Sequence record: MW349129.1
DNA length: 64,000 nt
Strand: one strand, 5' to 3'
Shown here: positions 9,897-18,949 of the stretch, in pieces
Layout: every line of letters begins with the position of its first letter
How positions within the stretch are numbered: position 1 is the first letter of the stretch
Translations under genes and position numbers: made by a program
The notes under the pieces: model-generated
Databases searched by the model: none
The model's input: only the letters and a program-made list of their open reading frames with translations
Told to the model about the DNA's origin: nothing

Positions 9897-10406
9897 ATGA
9901 TGAAAAAATTTAACCAAGAAATGATCAACAAAATTCAAGAGGCTATGTTACCTTTATTAAAAGAAGAATTAGGAAATGAAATTGAAACAGTAGAATTTAA
10001 AGTAGAAGATAGATTAGCAATTAATTCACTTTTCGTAACAGCACAACAAGAAATGGCAGCGAAATTAACTAAAGGTGGATTTAACTTAGATAAGACAGTA
10101 TTCATCTTCTCGGACAAAGCTCCAGAATACAAACCTGTAGTTTCTATATACCAATCAATAAATAAAGTAACTTCTTTAGGATCAAAAAGAAGATTTGTTA
10201 AAAGTATTTTAGAAACAATCGCACATGAATATCGTCATGCATACCAATTCATCAATGGACAAATTGATGTTGAGAAATTCATCAGAGGAGAATATAGCTA
10301 CCAAAGTGCTTCTCAATATAAAGCTCTTGAGACTGAGAAAGATGCATTTGCATTCCAAGCAGAATTCTCTAAGAAGTATTTCAAGCAAGTTTTAAAAGCA
10401 TTATAA
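9897..10406 (+). CDS. Zincin-like metallopeptidase
   Basis: HEYRHAYQ (HExxH) with a downstream ExDA motif (ETEKDAFAF). Confidence 0.7.
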   Translation: MMKKFNQEMINKIQEAMLPLLKEELGNEIETVEFKVEDRLAINSLFVTAQQEMAAKLTKGGFNLDKTVFIFSDKAPEYKPVVSIYQSINKVTSLGSKRRFVKSILETIAHEYRHAYQFINGQIDVEKFIRGEYSYQSASQYKALETEKDAFAFQAEFSKKYFKQVLKAL

Positions 10407-10443
10407 TATTTATAACAAATAAAATTTAAATGGAGGGAATATT

Positions 10444-10539
10444 ATGAAAATCACTATCATTAAAGAAAATAAAAAAACTTCTTATAGAATTAGTCTTAAA
10501 ACTATTCTATTTGAAAGAAAATTAATTAAAAAATTATAA
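10444..10539 (+). CDS. Small basic peptide (31 aa)
   Basis: Hand-translated MKITIIKENKKTSYRISLKTILFERKLIKKL; GGAGG RBS. Confidence 0.5.
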   Translation: MKITIIKENKKTSYRISLKTILFERKLIKKL

Positions 10540-10566
10540 GGAGATGAAAAGGATACTGTTTTAAAG

Positions 10567-10619
10567 AGACTTAATGGACATGGATCAAGTTCATTAAGTC
10601 TATAATTTTCTATGATCCA
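10567..10619 (+). ncRNA. Repeated structured element (putative H-type pseudoknot), copy 3
   Basis: S1 AGACTTAATGGA/TTCATTAAGTCT with one G-U pair; S2 TGGATCA/TGATCCA. Confidence 0.6.
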
Positions 10620-10657
10620 AACAAAAAATAAAATTGAAATTAAAAGGAGAAATTAAA

Positions 10658-10840
10658 ATGTTAGAATTATTAAATGGAATTGAATTTGTAAACGAAAAGG
10701 AAATTAACGAAGAGAAAGAATTATTAATCAATTATTCAGATGAAGCAAGATATCCATCTGAGCAGACTTACAGAGAAATAGATTCAATTATCGAAAGTTT
10801 CGACAATACAGCTTTCGGATTAAGAAAATGGGGAGTGTAA
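10658..10840 (+). CDS. Small acidic hypothetical protein
   Basis: ATG at 10658 follows AAGGAG; 60 aa. Confidence 0.65.
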   Translation: MLELLNGIEFVNEKEINEEKELLINYSDEARYPSEQTYREIDSIIESFDNTAFGLRKWGV

Positions 10841-11148
10841 TTAAAATGGTCAGAGAAGAAAAAATTAAACAATTAAAAAAAGAGTTACAAGTAATATTAG
10901 ATAAAGAAATTAGATCTAGAAATAAATCAATTTCAAATAGAGATTTTGAAAAGAAATTAGATTTAATGAAACAGATAGACAAGTTAAAATTTGACATTAG
11001 ATCTGAAAGATATTTAAGAAATGTCAAAAAGAATAAAATTAAGGAATATAAAGGCAGTAATGATTATGCAAAAGCTGGAAGATTACATCAATCTTTCCAA
11101 AGTAAAGAAGAACACAAAATATGGAAAGAAGAATTAGTAATTCAATAA
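10828..11148 (+). CDS. Basic coiled-coil protein, paralog of 8534-8845
   Basis: KGSNDYAKAGRLHQSFQ motif. Confidence 0.7.
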   Translation: MGSVIKMVREEKIKQLKKELQVILDKEIRSRNKSISNRDFEKKLDLMKQIDKLKFDIRSERYLRNVKKNKIKEYKGSNDYAKAGRLHQSFQSKEEHKIWKEELVIQ

Positions 11149-11153
11149 TATAA

Positions 11154-11405
11154 ATGGAGGAATTTATTATGAAAATATTAAGATTAAAAACAGAATGGGC
11201 ATTAATATTAGGTATGATATTAGGAACAGTTGCTGGGATTGCTTCACAAGATTTCTTTGTGGGAGCATCTCTTACATCTCTAATAACATTAATAACAGTA
11301 GCTATTAATTATTCAATTGGAGATAAGAGAAAAAGTGATATTCAAAAATCTAATAAATCATATTACGTTAGAGTGAATAGTGAGTCAGGAGATGTTTTCA
11401 AATAA
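11154..11405 (+). CDS. Small two-TM membrane protein
   Basis: Hydrophobic; INYSIGDKRK resembles INYMIGEIRR in the next gene. Confidence 0.7.
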   Translation: MEEFIMKILRLKTEWALILGMILGTVAGIASQDFFVGASLTSLITLITVAINYSIGDKRKSDIQKSNKSYYVRVNSESGDVFK

Positions 11406-11605
11406 TGGAAAAAGAAAAGAAATTATTAAAAATAAAACCTTGGATATTGTTTTGGTTTACATTTATATTAGGTTTTATTATAGGTGAATTATTTGGTTAT
11501 GTGGAAGGAAAATCAATATTTGTAGGTGTAATTTTATCTGGAACATGTTTATCCATTAACTACATGATTGGTGAAATTAGAAGAAATGGATTAAAAAGTG
11601 ATTAG
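11405..11605 (+). CDS. Small two-TM membrane protein, paralog of the preceding gene
   Basis: Hydrophobic; INYMIGEIRR. Confidence 0.7.
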   Translation: MEKEKKLLKIKPWILFWFTFILGFIIGELFGYVEGKSIFVGVILSGTCLSINYMIGEIRRNGLKSD

Positions 11606-11650
11606 AATTAAATTTAGATTATTAATTAAATAATAAGGAGGTGCTTGGAT

Positions 11651-11758
11651 ATGTTATTAGAAAACTTCATTACAATTATCGTGTTACTTGGTTTAATGAA
11701 ATTTACAGGTTGTTTCAAATTTATGAAAGAAATCTGGTCTAACAAAGGTAACAAATAA
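11651..11758 (+). CDS. Small membrane peptide (35 aa)
   Basis: Hand-translated MLLENFITIIVLLGLMKFTGCFKFMKEIWSNKGNK; AAGGAGGT RBS. Confidence 0.6.
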   Translation: MLLENFITIIVLLGLMKFTGCFKFMKEIWSNKGNK

Positions 11759-11765
11759 CAATAAA

Positions 11766-11794
11766 AGAGTGGATTATTTTCTATGATCCACTCT
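11766..11794 (+). ncRNA. Truncated copy of the repeated element (S2 hairpin with TTTTCTA loop)
   Basis: AGAGTGGATTA-TTTTCTA-TGATCCACTCT. Confidence 0.55.
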
Positions 11795-11834
11795 ACATAT
11801 TTAAATTAAAAAAAAACGAAAAGAGGAAATTAAA

Positions 11835-12377
11835 ATGAAAAAATTATTAATGGTATTAGCATCAATCGCTTTAATCGCAGTTATCGGAGCAGCAGGAATA
11901 TTTGGTTATAGTAGTTTTAAAAGCTTAACAGTCAATAAAGAAGATAGTAAGACTGAAGAAGTATCTAAAAAGAAAGAAGACAAAAAAGAAAAGAAAGAAC
12001 AAGAAGAATCAGATAATGTAGAAGTAAATCAACAACAAGATCAAACTCAAGAAGTAAATAATAATGAACAACAAAATCAAACTCAAGAAGTAAATAATAA
12101 TGAACAACAAAATCAAACTACAGAAGATAGTAATACAAATGTACAACAAAATCAACAACAAGAACCAGTAGTTGAAGAGAAAACTCAAGTAACAGATAAT
12201 GAAGGTAATAATATAGATGATATGGATTCAGAAGAATTTATTTCTAAATATACAGAAGGAATGGATGAAGAAGAAGCTCAAACAGTAAAAGACATGGCTG
12301 AAGAAGATTCAGGATATGAAGATTTCTTACGTGGACAAGTAGAAGATAGACAAAACGGACAAGGCGGAAATTACTAA
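11835..12377 (+). CDS. N-terminally anchored Q/N/E-rich surface protein, paralog 1
   Basis: Signal anchor MKKLL...IGAAGIFGYSSFK followed by low-complexity sequence. Confidence 0.75.
   Translation: MKKLLMVLASIALIAVIGAAGIFGYSSFKSLTVNKEDSKTEEVSKKKEDKKEKKEQEESDNVEVNQQQDQTQEVNNNEQQNQTQEVNNNEQQNQTTEDSNTNVQQNQQQEPVVEEKTQVTDNEGNNIDDMDSEEFISKYTEGMDEEEAQTVKDMAEEDSGYEDFLRGQVEDRQNGQGGNY
12042..12119 (+). repeat. 36-bp in-frame tandem repeat (QTQEVNNNEQQN), two full copies plus a partial
   Basis: CAAACTCAAGAAGTAAATAATAATGAACAACAAAAT repeated exactly. Confidence 0.9.
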
Positions 12378-12400
12378 TAAGAAGAAAAGAGTGAAATGAA

Positions 12401-12868
12401 ATGAAAAAAATCTTAAGTATTTTAACAGCGATAGCTTTAATCACAGTTATCGGAGCAGCAGGAGTATTCGGCTATAGTAGTTTTAAAGAATTAAATAATA
12501 GTAAAGATAGTCATAAAGTTGAAACAAGTAAAAAACAAAAAGAATCAGATGATAAAAATAACACTCAACAACAAGAACAAAATACATCAAAAGAAAACAA
12601 CAATATCCAACAACAATCAAATGAAGATAGCCTAACAGAAAATATGGATGAAGAATATAAAAAACAACAGGAAATGTATGAAAGGCAATCAAAAGGTGAA
12701 GCTCCAGAACCGGGTTCTATAATTGACAACCCACCAAAAAATTATGAAACTCCAGAAAAAGATAAAATAACTATAAGTGAGTTAAGAGAAGTTTTAGGCG
12801 ATGATATTGATGAAAGTAAAATTGATGAAGCAAAAGCGTCTGGCGAATATATTAATGATGAAGAATAA
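12401..12868 (+). CDS. N-terminally anchored Q/N/E-rich surface protein, paralog 2
   Basis: IGAAGVFGYSSFK anchor, similar at DNA level to paralog 1. Confidence 0.75.
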   Translation: MKKILSILTAIALITVIGAAGVFGYSSFKELNNSKDSHKVETSKKQKESDDKNNTQQQEQNTSKENNNIQQQSNEDSLTENMDEEYKKQQEMYERQSKGEAPEPGSIIDNPPKNYETPEKDKITISELREVLGDDIDESKIDEAKASGEYINDEE

Positions 12869-12899
12869 AAAATAAATAAAAAGAATAGAGGAAAATAAA

Positions 12900-13376
12900 A
12901 TGAAAAAATTATTAGTAGCATTATCAATCTTAGCAGTAATTGTAGTATTAGCAGCGGCAGGTGTTTTTGGATATTCAAAATATAAAGAAGCAGAAATGAA
13001 ACAACATAATTTAGAAACACAATTAGAAGAAAAAAATTCCAATGAGCAAACTAATGAAAACGATCAACAACAAGAACAAGCAAATACAAATGAATCTCAA
13101 AATCAAGAAAATAGTTCAACAAAAAACAATAACGACAATAAACAAAAAGTATCTAGAGACAATGTATTTGACTATGCTTTAGCTGCAGTAAATGAAGTAG
13201 GTGACGCTGATTTAATGAAATTCCAAGAACCTTCTTACAGTGATGGTGTATGGACAATTGACGCTAATAATAAATCTGGTTCAGGATCTAATACTATAAA
13301 AGTATACGATGATGGCTGGGTACAGATATATGATGGATCTGGTGAAATAGCTCATGAAACAAAAATAGAACTATAA
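12900..13376 (+). CDS. N-terminally anchored surface protein, paralog 3, with a small C-terminal globular domain
   Basis: LAAAGVFGYSKYK anchor; C-terminal WTIDA...IKVYDDG beta-rich domain. Confidence 0.75.
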   Translation: MKKLLVALSILAVIVVLAAAGVFGYSKYKEAEMKQHNLETQLEEKNSNEQTNENDQQQEQANTNESQNQENSSTKNNNDNKQKVSRDNVFDYALAAVNEVGDADLMKFQEPSYSDGVWTIDANNKSGSGSNTIKVYDDGWVQIYDGSGEIAHETKIEL

Positions 13377-13396
13377 TTATTAAGGAGTGTTGATGA

Positions 13397-13642
13397 ATGA
13401 TTAAAACAGAAACAAAAAATGAACATTTATTTTTCAAATTTATTTCAGAATTAGGACTAACTAACGTGTATGATAACTTTATTGTAAGTGTTCCTTCAGG
13501 TCCTAAATTCATTAGATTAAATGAATTTGATGAAATAGAAGTATATGAAAAATGTAATGAAAATTTACTGAAAGTAGTCAATATAGATCCTAAATTTGAT
13601 GACGTACTTTCATTATTTTTCAAAATAACGAAAGGAATTTAA
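13397..13642 (+). CDS. Hypothetical protein
   Basis: 81 aa with AAGGAG RBS. Confidence 0.6.
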   Translation: MIKTETKNEHLFFKFISELGLTNVYDNFIVSVPSGPKFIRLNEFDEIEVYEKCNENLLKVVNIDPKFDDVLSLFFKITKGI

Positions 13643-13648
13643 AATATT

Positions 13649-13684
13649 ATAGTCATGAATCTATTTATGTAGATTCATGACTAT
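13649..13684 (+). terminator. Intrinsic terminator hairpin
   Basis: ATAGTCATGAATCTA / TAGATTCATGACTAT, 15-bp stem. Confidence 0.75.
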
Positions 13685-13720
13685 TAATTATATATTTTTT
13701 TATAAATATAAGAAAGAGAG

Positions 13721-14422
13721 ATGATATTAATTGTGTATGAAATTTCAATAGCTCTAATGTTTTTAATTGTAATATATTTTTTATTCAATACAATATATAA
13801 AACATTAGTAAGTGCGTATAATGAAAAATTAAAAGGAAAGTTCTTTTCCACATCGTTTTTTACATTTAGTTTATTATTTCCAATAATGATTATTGTATTT
13901 TATGATATAGATGGAATAAATATTAAAATAGAGTATGTTTTATTTTATTTTATACTATTAATAATCAACTTTGTATTAAATAAATTTCTTAAAGTTCATG
14001 ATATTATAGTATATACATCATTATTCTATTCTTTATTTATAATGAATTACCATTATGAAATAGCTAATGATTTATACTTTGCTATATTTATTGTAATAAT
14101 TAATTCAATAATTCCATTAGTTAAAATTGAATTACAATTAGCAGAAATAATAATTCAAACTGGTGGAGAATATAAAGACATAGATGTGAAGAAGGATATA
14201 GTAAGACAGAATTTAAAAATAGTTAATTTAAATGATAATGATACACAATTTTCATTAGATAATTTTCTTGAAAGTAAATTTAATAATAATGAAGAATCAA
14301 TAAATACTTTCTTAGATGAAATGATTGAAAGAATATATTCTGAAAGAATAAATATAAAATTGTATTGTTATCATATATTAATGGGATTATTAACTATATA
14401 CTTTTTATTATCTCAAATTTAA
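13721..14422 (+). CDS. Polytopic membrane protein
   Basis: 233 aa with several hydrophobic helices. Confidence 0.6.
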   Translation: MILIVYEISIALMFLIVIYFLFNTIYKTLVSAYNEKLKGKFFSTSFFTFSLLFPIMIIVFYDIDGINIKIEYVLFYFILLIINFVLNKFLKVHDIIVYTSLFYSLFIMNYHYEIANDLYFAIFIVIINSIIPLVKIELQLAEIIIQTGGEYKDIDVKKDIVRQNLKIVNLNDNDTQFSLDNFLESKFNNNEESINTFLDEMIERIYSERINIKLYCYHILMGLLTIYFLLSQI

Positions 14423-14423
14423 A

Positions 14424-14434
14424 TATATATTATA
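14424..14434 (+). promoter_or_regulatory. Early-type promoter core TATATATTATA
   Basis: Motif followed by a hairpin, upstream of 14491. Confidence 0.5.
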
Positions 14435-14490
14435 AATTTGAGATTAATGATTTATTATTAATCTTTAGACTTAAAAAATAAAAATTAAAG

Positions 14491-15021
14491 GTGGAAATTA
14501 TCATGACACAAGAATTTTATGCAATCGTACAGTTTCAAAGTAATAGACAGTTTCAAGGAAAAGAATATATTTATAAAGTACCTAAGAGACTTATTAAAAA
14601 TGAAGATGATTTAGTACTAGAAAAATTTGCAATTGTATCTAATTTCAATCATAAAGATAGTAATTCCGTTCTAAGTCTTTCAGAAGATATTGCTAACGCT
14701 ATTAGACCAGTAAAAATTAATAAAATCATGGATGAAGACGAATTTATTGAATCAGATTATGTTGAAGATGCAGATGATTTAAATTATAGAAAAATTAATC
14801 AAGATGAAAGAATCGAGTATAAATACTTATTATCTTTTATCGAAGATGAAATTCATGATTATATTGAAGATATTGAGAAAGAAAAAGAAAAAGAAAAAAT
14901 TGAAAAACTGATGAGACTAAGATTACAGAAGTTAGAAAAGAAAAAATCATTTGATAATATTGTCAAAAGTTATGATGATGAAGAATTAAATGAATTATTT
15001 AATCGATTTAAAGAGCTTTAA
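14491..15021 (+). CDS. Hypothetical protein
   Basis: 176 aa ORF. Confidence 0.65.
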   Translation: MEIIMTQEFYAIVQFQSNRQFQGKEYIYKVPKRLIKNEDDLVLEKFAIVSNFNHKDSNSVLSLSEDIANAIRPVKINKIMDEDEFIESDYVEDADDLNYRKINQDERIEYKYLLSFIEDEIHDYIEDIEKEKEKEKIEKLMRLRLQKLEKKKSFDNIVKSYDDEELNELFNRFKEL

Positions 15022-15028
15022 GAAAAAT

Positions 15029-15060
15029 ATCCCAATGAGATGTATTATTCTCATTGGGAT
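15029..15060 (+). terminator. Intrinsic terminator hairpin
   Basis: ATCCCAATGAGA / TCTCATTGGGAT followed by TATTT. Confidence 0.75.
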
Positions 15061-15093
15061 TATTTAATTACTTAATCAGGAGATGAAAAGGAT

Positions 15094-15921
15094 ATGTATA
15101 ACAATAAAAATTTTAAGTCAAGTTTAAATTTAAATAAAACAAAATTGAGTGAATTTATAGATAAAGAAGATATAAATTCTGATGTGTCTAAGAAAGTGTA
15201 TTATGAAAAAGTTATTGATTTGTATATGGATCAAATATTTAATGTAGATAATGAATTCTTAAAAAGTTTAATTGACTTTGATGATTTAAAATATACTAAA
15301 GATGAATTAGATTATATAATATATGAAGAAATGGGAGTAAATAGAAATAATAAAAAAGATATATCTTTAATCATTAATAGAGTATATAAATCTTATAAAG
15401 AATCTAAATCAGATAAAGATAATTTAATGAAATATTTATTACCTTTTACGCTATATAATGATGGAATTTTTAATAGTAATTTTTATTTACATTTTAGTTC
15501 TAGTAAATTTATTAAAAATGATTTTATAGATGCACTTACTGATACTTTTATATATATTAGAAATAATAATATAGAATGTGAAGTTATAGAATTATTATTT
15601 AACGAAATATGTACTAAATTATATATACACAGTAATGAAGTAGTATCTAGAATTTTAGTTAGAATAGCTAAAAAGGATTCTAGTTTATTATTTACCGATG
15701 ATACTATATTTAATATACTATATTCTTTATATTCACATCAAACTATTAAGAAAATAAAAAGAAATATAAGTATAGAAAGTATTGAAAAAATTATAAAAAT
15801 GAATAGATATACTTATATTGAAAGAATTGAAAAAGCTATAGGAAAACAATTATCTTTTTATGATAATCCAAACGGTAAAGAAATAAAGAATATGATAAAA
15901 GAATTTAAAAATAATAAATAG
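15094..15921 (+). CDS. Hypothetical protein
   Basis: 275 aa ORF. Confidence 0.6.
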   Translation: MYNNKNFKSSLNLNKTKLSEFIDKEDINSDVSKKVYYEKVIDLYMDQIFNVDNEFLKSLIDFDDLKYTKDELDYIIYEEMGVNRNNKKDISLIINRVYKSYKESKSDKDNLMKYLLPFTLYNDGIFNSNFYLHFSSSKFIKNDFIDALTDTFIYIRNNNIECEVIELLFNEICTKLYIHSNEVVSRILVRIAKKDSSLLFTDDTIFNILYSLYSHQTIKKIKRNISIESIEKIIKMNRYTYIERIEKAIGKQLSFYDNPNGKEIKNMIKEFKNNK

Positions 15922-15936
15922 GGAGTTGAAACGGAT

Positions 15937-16437
15937 ATGTTAAAAAATAAAAATATTGAAATTAACCAAGATATTATTGATCAAGAATTAATGAAAACAA
16001 AATATATGGAAGAGGCGATGTTAAAAGTGTTAAATCAAGATTTAGTAATCAATTTAAGATTTTTAAAAGATAATCTACTATCTGACTGGGAGTTTGAAAA
16101 TAATACAGCTGAATTTAAAGAAATAGAAAAATTCTATGATCCGTCATTAAAAATAAGATTAATTTTTAAAGTTAATAATGAAAAAGAAATCAAGTATACA
16201 CTTAATGAAGACGTTCAAGATATGTTAGAGAATTTCATGATTAAGAAAGCTGACGATGAAAGAGCTTGTCAAATTATTAAATCTGTTATTGAGTATGAAT
16301 TCTTTAAGAAAGAAAATAAAAAGGGTCATGATCTTGATATGGATACAATAGATTTACTAATGGGTAAAGTTAACGAATTAAAAATTAAATACAATATCAG
16401 TAATAAACAAGCTAAGAAATTATATATAGCATTTTAA
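15937..16437 (+). CDS. Hypothetical protein
   Basis: 166 aa ORF. Confidence 0.6.
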   Translation: MLKNKNIEINQDIIDQELMKTKYMEEAMLKVLNQDLVINLRFLKDNLLSDWEFENNTAEFKEIEKFYDPSLKIRLIFKVNNEKEIKYTLNEDVQDMLENFMIKKADDERACQIIKSVIEYEFFKKENKKGHDLDMDTIDLLMGKVNELKIKYNISNKQAKKLYIAF

Positions 16438-16470
16438 AATATAATATAAACACTTAAGGAGGATTATATA

Positions 16471-17100
16471 ATGAAAAATAAAATAAATCTATTTGATTGG
16501 TATATCTATAAAAATGGAATGTCAACAATACTTCCTCTTTTATTTAATGTAATTTTATCTTCAACACTGGTAACATTATTTATTCTTATATTGTCAATTA
16601 ATACTAAATTAGCATTATTATCTTTATTAATATTTATACCAATGATAATTACCTCTATATTTATAAATATAATATTCTTTAATAATAATATTATGACAGA
16701 ATATGGATTAATAAATAACTCATTTAAAGTAAAAGATAAATATTATTCATTTTGGCATATTGAATTAAATGAAGATGACGAGGTTTTTAAAGAAGCTTTT
16801 AACAATTTTAAAGATAGACATGAATGGATTATAGAAGAGAAAAATGTGAAAAATCTATCAGAAATATTGTTAAGAGGATCTTTTATAAGAGATACTAAAA
16901 TATTGGAACCTGTAATGAGAGAAAATAATAGAAAACATTGGAAGAACAATATTGACACAAATAGACTGTTAACTTATAGAGAGTTTCTTAAATATAAAAA
17001 GAATAAAAAGAAATTTGAAGAGTCTAAGAAGTTAGAAAAGGAAATAAAAGAGTTTCAAGATTACTATAATTTAAACACAAAAGGAGAAATTAAAAAATGA
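16471..17100 (+). CDS. Membrane protein with two N-terminal TM helices
   Basis: 209 aa; AAGGAGG RBS. Confidence 0.65.
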   Translation: MKNKINLFDWYIYKNGMSTILPLLFNVILSSTLVTLFILILSINTKLALLSLLIFIPMIITSIFINIIFFNNNIMTEYGLINNSFKVKDKYYSFWHIELNEDDEVFKEAFNNFKDRHEWIIEEKNVKNLSEILLRGSFIRDTKILEPVMRENNRKHWKNNIDTNRLLTYREFLKYKKNKKKFEESKKLEKEIKEFQDYYNLNTKGEIKK

Positions 17101-17561
17101 ATACTAAAATAATCGCTGCATTTCCAGGTACAGGTAAATCTTATATTAAAAATAATGTCACATTCTTAAAAACATCAGATTCGGATTCAACTAGCTTCTC
17201 ATGGTTAATTAAAAATGGAGAAAAAGTTAGAGATCCTAGATTTCCAAAGAATTATATTCGTTATATTAAGGATCTATATTATAAAAATGTAATGGACTAT
17301 ATCTTTGTATCAACTCATAAAGAAGTTATTCAAGAGTTGATTGATAATAATTTAGAATTTGTAGTAGCTTATCCTAAACGTTCAGATAAAGAACTATATT
17401 TAAAAAGATATAAAGAAAGAGGTTCAGATAGTAAATTTATTGAACTTCTTGATAATATGTTTGATAGCTTCATAGATGACATAGAAGATAAAGTTCCTGA
17501 AGAAAACAGAATTGAACTTAATCATAATGAATATCTATCTAATGTATTAGAAAAAATTTAA
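17097..17561 (+). CDS. P-loop NTPase / nucleotide kinase-like protein
   Basis: N-terminal Walker A IIAAFPGTGKSY. Confidence 0.7.
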   Translation: MNTKIIAAFPGTGKSYIKNNVTFLKTSDSDSTSFSWLIKNGEKVRDPRFPKNYIRYIKDLYYKNVMDYIFVSTHKEVIQELIDNNLEFVVAYPKRSDKELYLKRYKERGSDSKFIELLDNMFDSFIDDIEDKVPEENRIELNHNEYLSNVLEKI

Positions 17562-17578
17562 ATAAGGAGAAATTAAAA

Positions 17579-18037
17579 ATGAGATACTTTAAAGGTGTAG
17601 TGGCAGGGAAAGACTTTTTCTTAAAAGCAAATAATGAAGAAAACGCAATTAAGGAATTAGCATTAAAAGAAATTGAGTCTATAGGATCTTTTACAATGTT
17701 AAGTAATGAAAAACAGAAATATCTAATGATTTTCTTTAATGAAGATGAAGATAAATTTGTTATTGGAAATGGATTAGAATCATATATATCATTAGACAGT
17801 CTTAAATCTGAATTAGAATCTAAAGAGTTAGAATGTTATTATTTAGAATTAGGTAATACAGATAATATTGAGATAGATGGTATTATAAAAAATGAAGAAT
17901 ACACATTAACAGAAATAATAATGGAAAGCGTCAAATCAACTATGAATGATTTTTATGAGCAAGTTATAAATTCTGTATTAACTGAGCTGACTGAAAAAGA
18001 ATATAAAAATTCAATAGTTGTTAATAATTTTAAATAA
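17579..18037 (+). CDS. Hypothetical protein with the shared C-terminal tag
   Basis: Ends LTELTEKEYKNSIVVNNFK. Confidence 0.65.
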   Translation: MRYFKGVVAGKDFFLKANNEENAIKELALKEIESIGSFTMLSNEKQKYLMIFFNEDEDKFVIGNGLESYISLDSLKSELESKELECYYLELGNTDNIEIDGIIKNEEYTLTEIIMESVKSTMNDFYEQVINSVLTELTEKEYKNSIVVNNFK

Positions 18038-18056
18038 CTAGGAAGGAATAGAAATA

Positions 18057-18527
18057 ATGAGAAATAAAAAAAGAAGTATAGATAGTTTGATAAATAATAA
18101 TCTAGAATTACCAATTGAGGTTACTGAAAATTATATAAATAATTTTATATATAAGTCATTAACTACTATAAATGAGAAAAAAGAAATAAAACCAAATCAC
18201 ACTTATATAATTAATCATGAAAATGAATTATTTAATAAAGCAGATAATTTCATAAATTGTATTTTAGAATTATTAAAAGGTGATGTAGGTACTTTAATAG
18301 ATAAAAAAGATTTAAAGTTAAAAAGAAATATAAAGAAAGATAATATAAATAATTGTCTTACAATATATACTATTGTAGAAACTTTAACTTACAATAATTC
18401 TATAACAATGATGATGGTAAAAAATGTAAATAATATTAATAAAGAAGTAACTGGTGAACTAATATTTGATATTAACATAAGTGACAAACTAGGTAAAGAT
18501 AATTATAATGAAAATATTTATATTTAA
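18057..18527 (+). CDS. Hypothetical protein
   Basis: 156 aa ORF. Confidence 0.6.
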   Translation: MRNKKRSIDSLINNNLELPIEVTENYINNFIYKSLTTINEKKEIKPNHTYIINHENELFNKADNFINCILELLKGDVGTLIDKKDLKLKRNIKKDNINNCLTIYTIVETLTYNNSITMMMVKNVNNINKEVTGELIFDINISDKLGKDNYNENIYI

Positions 18528-18539
18528 TTACTATTTAAA

Positions 18540-18550
18540 TATATATTATA
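18540..18550 (+). promoter_or_regulatory. Early-type promoter core TATATATTATA
   Basis: Motif followed by GATGAAG. Confidence 0.55.
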
Positions 18551-18582
18551 TAGATGAAGTTAATTAAAATACAGGAGATGAA

Positions 18583-18930
18583 TTGGATATGTTAAACGAT
18601 ACTAAAAAAGTTTTAGATAGAATTTATGACAAAATAAATGGTGATTTAATTGTTATTTCAGAGTGTATAGATTTATTTGATAAGGAATTAAATTACACTG
18701 TAACTGAAGGTAATGAGAGAACATCAAATCTTGATTATTTGGCAGATTCTTTAATTGTAGTTGCTTCAGATATATTTACATTAAATGAAGTACTTAATAT
18801 TGACGAAGAAACTATTAATAATGAATTATTATCAGAATTTAAATTAAGTTATAGAATGATACAGAATTTTCATATGAAATTGGAATTAAATAGCTATCAA
18901 TTAAAAGAGATTAAAACCTCGATTGAATAA
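18583..18930 (+). CDS. Acidic hypothetical early protein
   Basis: 115 aa with AGGAG RBS. Confidence 0.6.
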   Translation: MDMLNDTKKVLDRIYDKINGDLIVISECIDLFDKELNYTVTEGNERTSNLDYLADSLIVVASDIFTLNEVLNIDEETINNELLSEFKLSYRMIQNFHMKLELNSYQLKEIKTSIE

Positions 18931-18949
18931 ATACAGGAGATGATTAGGA

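Noticed and set aside
8465-10596. Tiny ORFs (MNIDQFH, MNIMDQVH, MDMDQVH) inside the pseudoknot repeats as leader peptides
   Set aside because: The upstream purine-rich tract is too far from the ATG and is not in a conserved frame between copies. Conservation is better explained by base pairing.
7135-11794. Repeats as a CRISPR array
   Set aside because: Units are far apart, separated by whole genes, and there is no regular repeat-spacer period.
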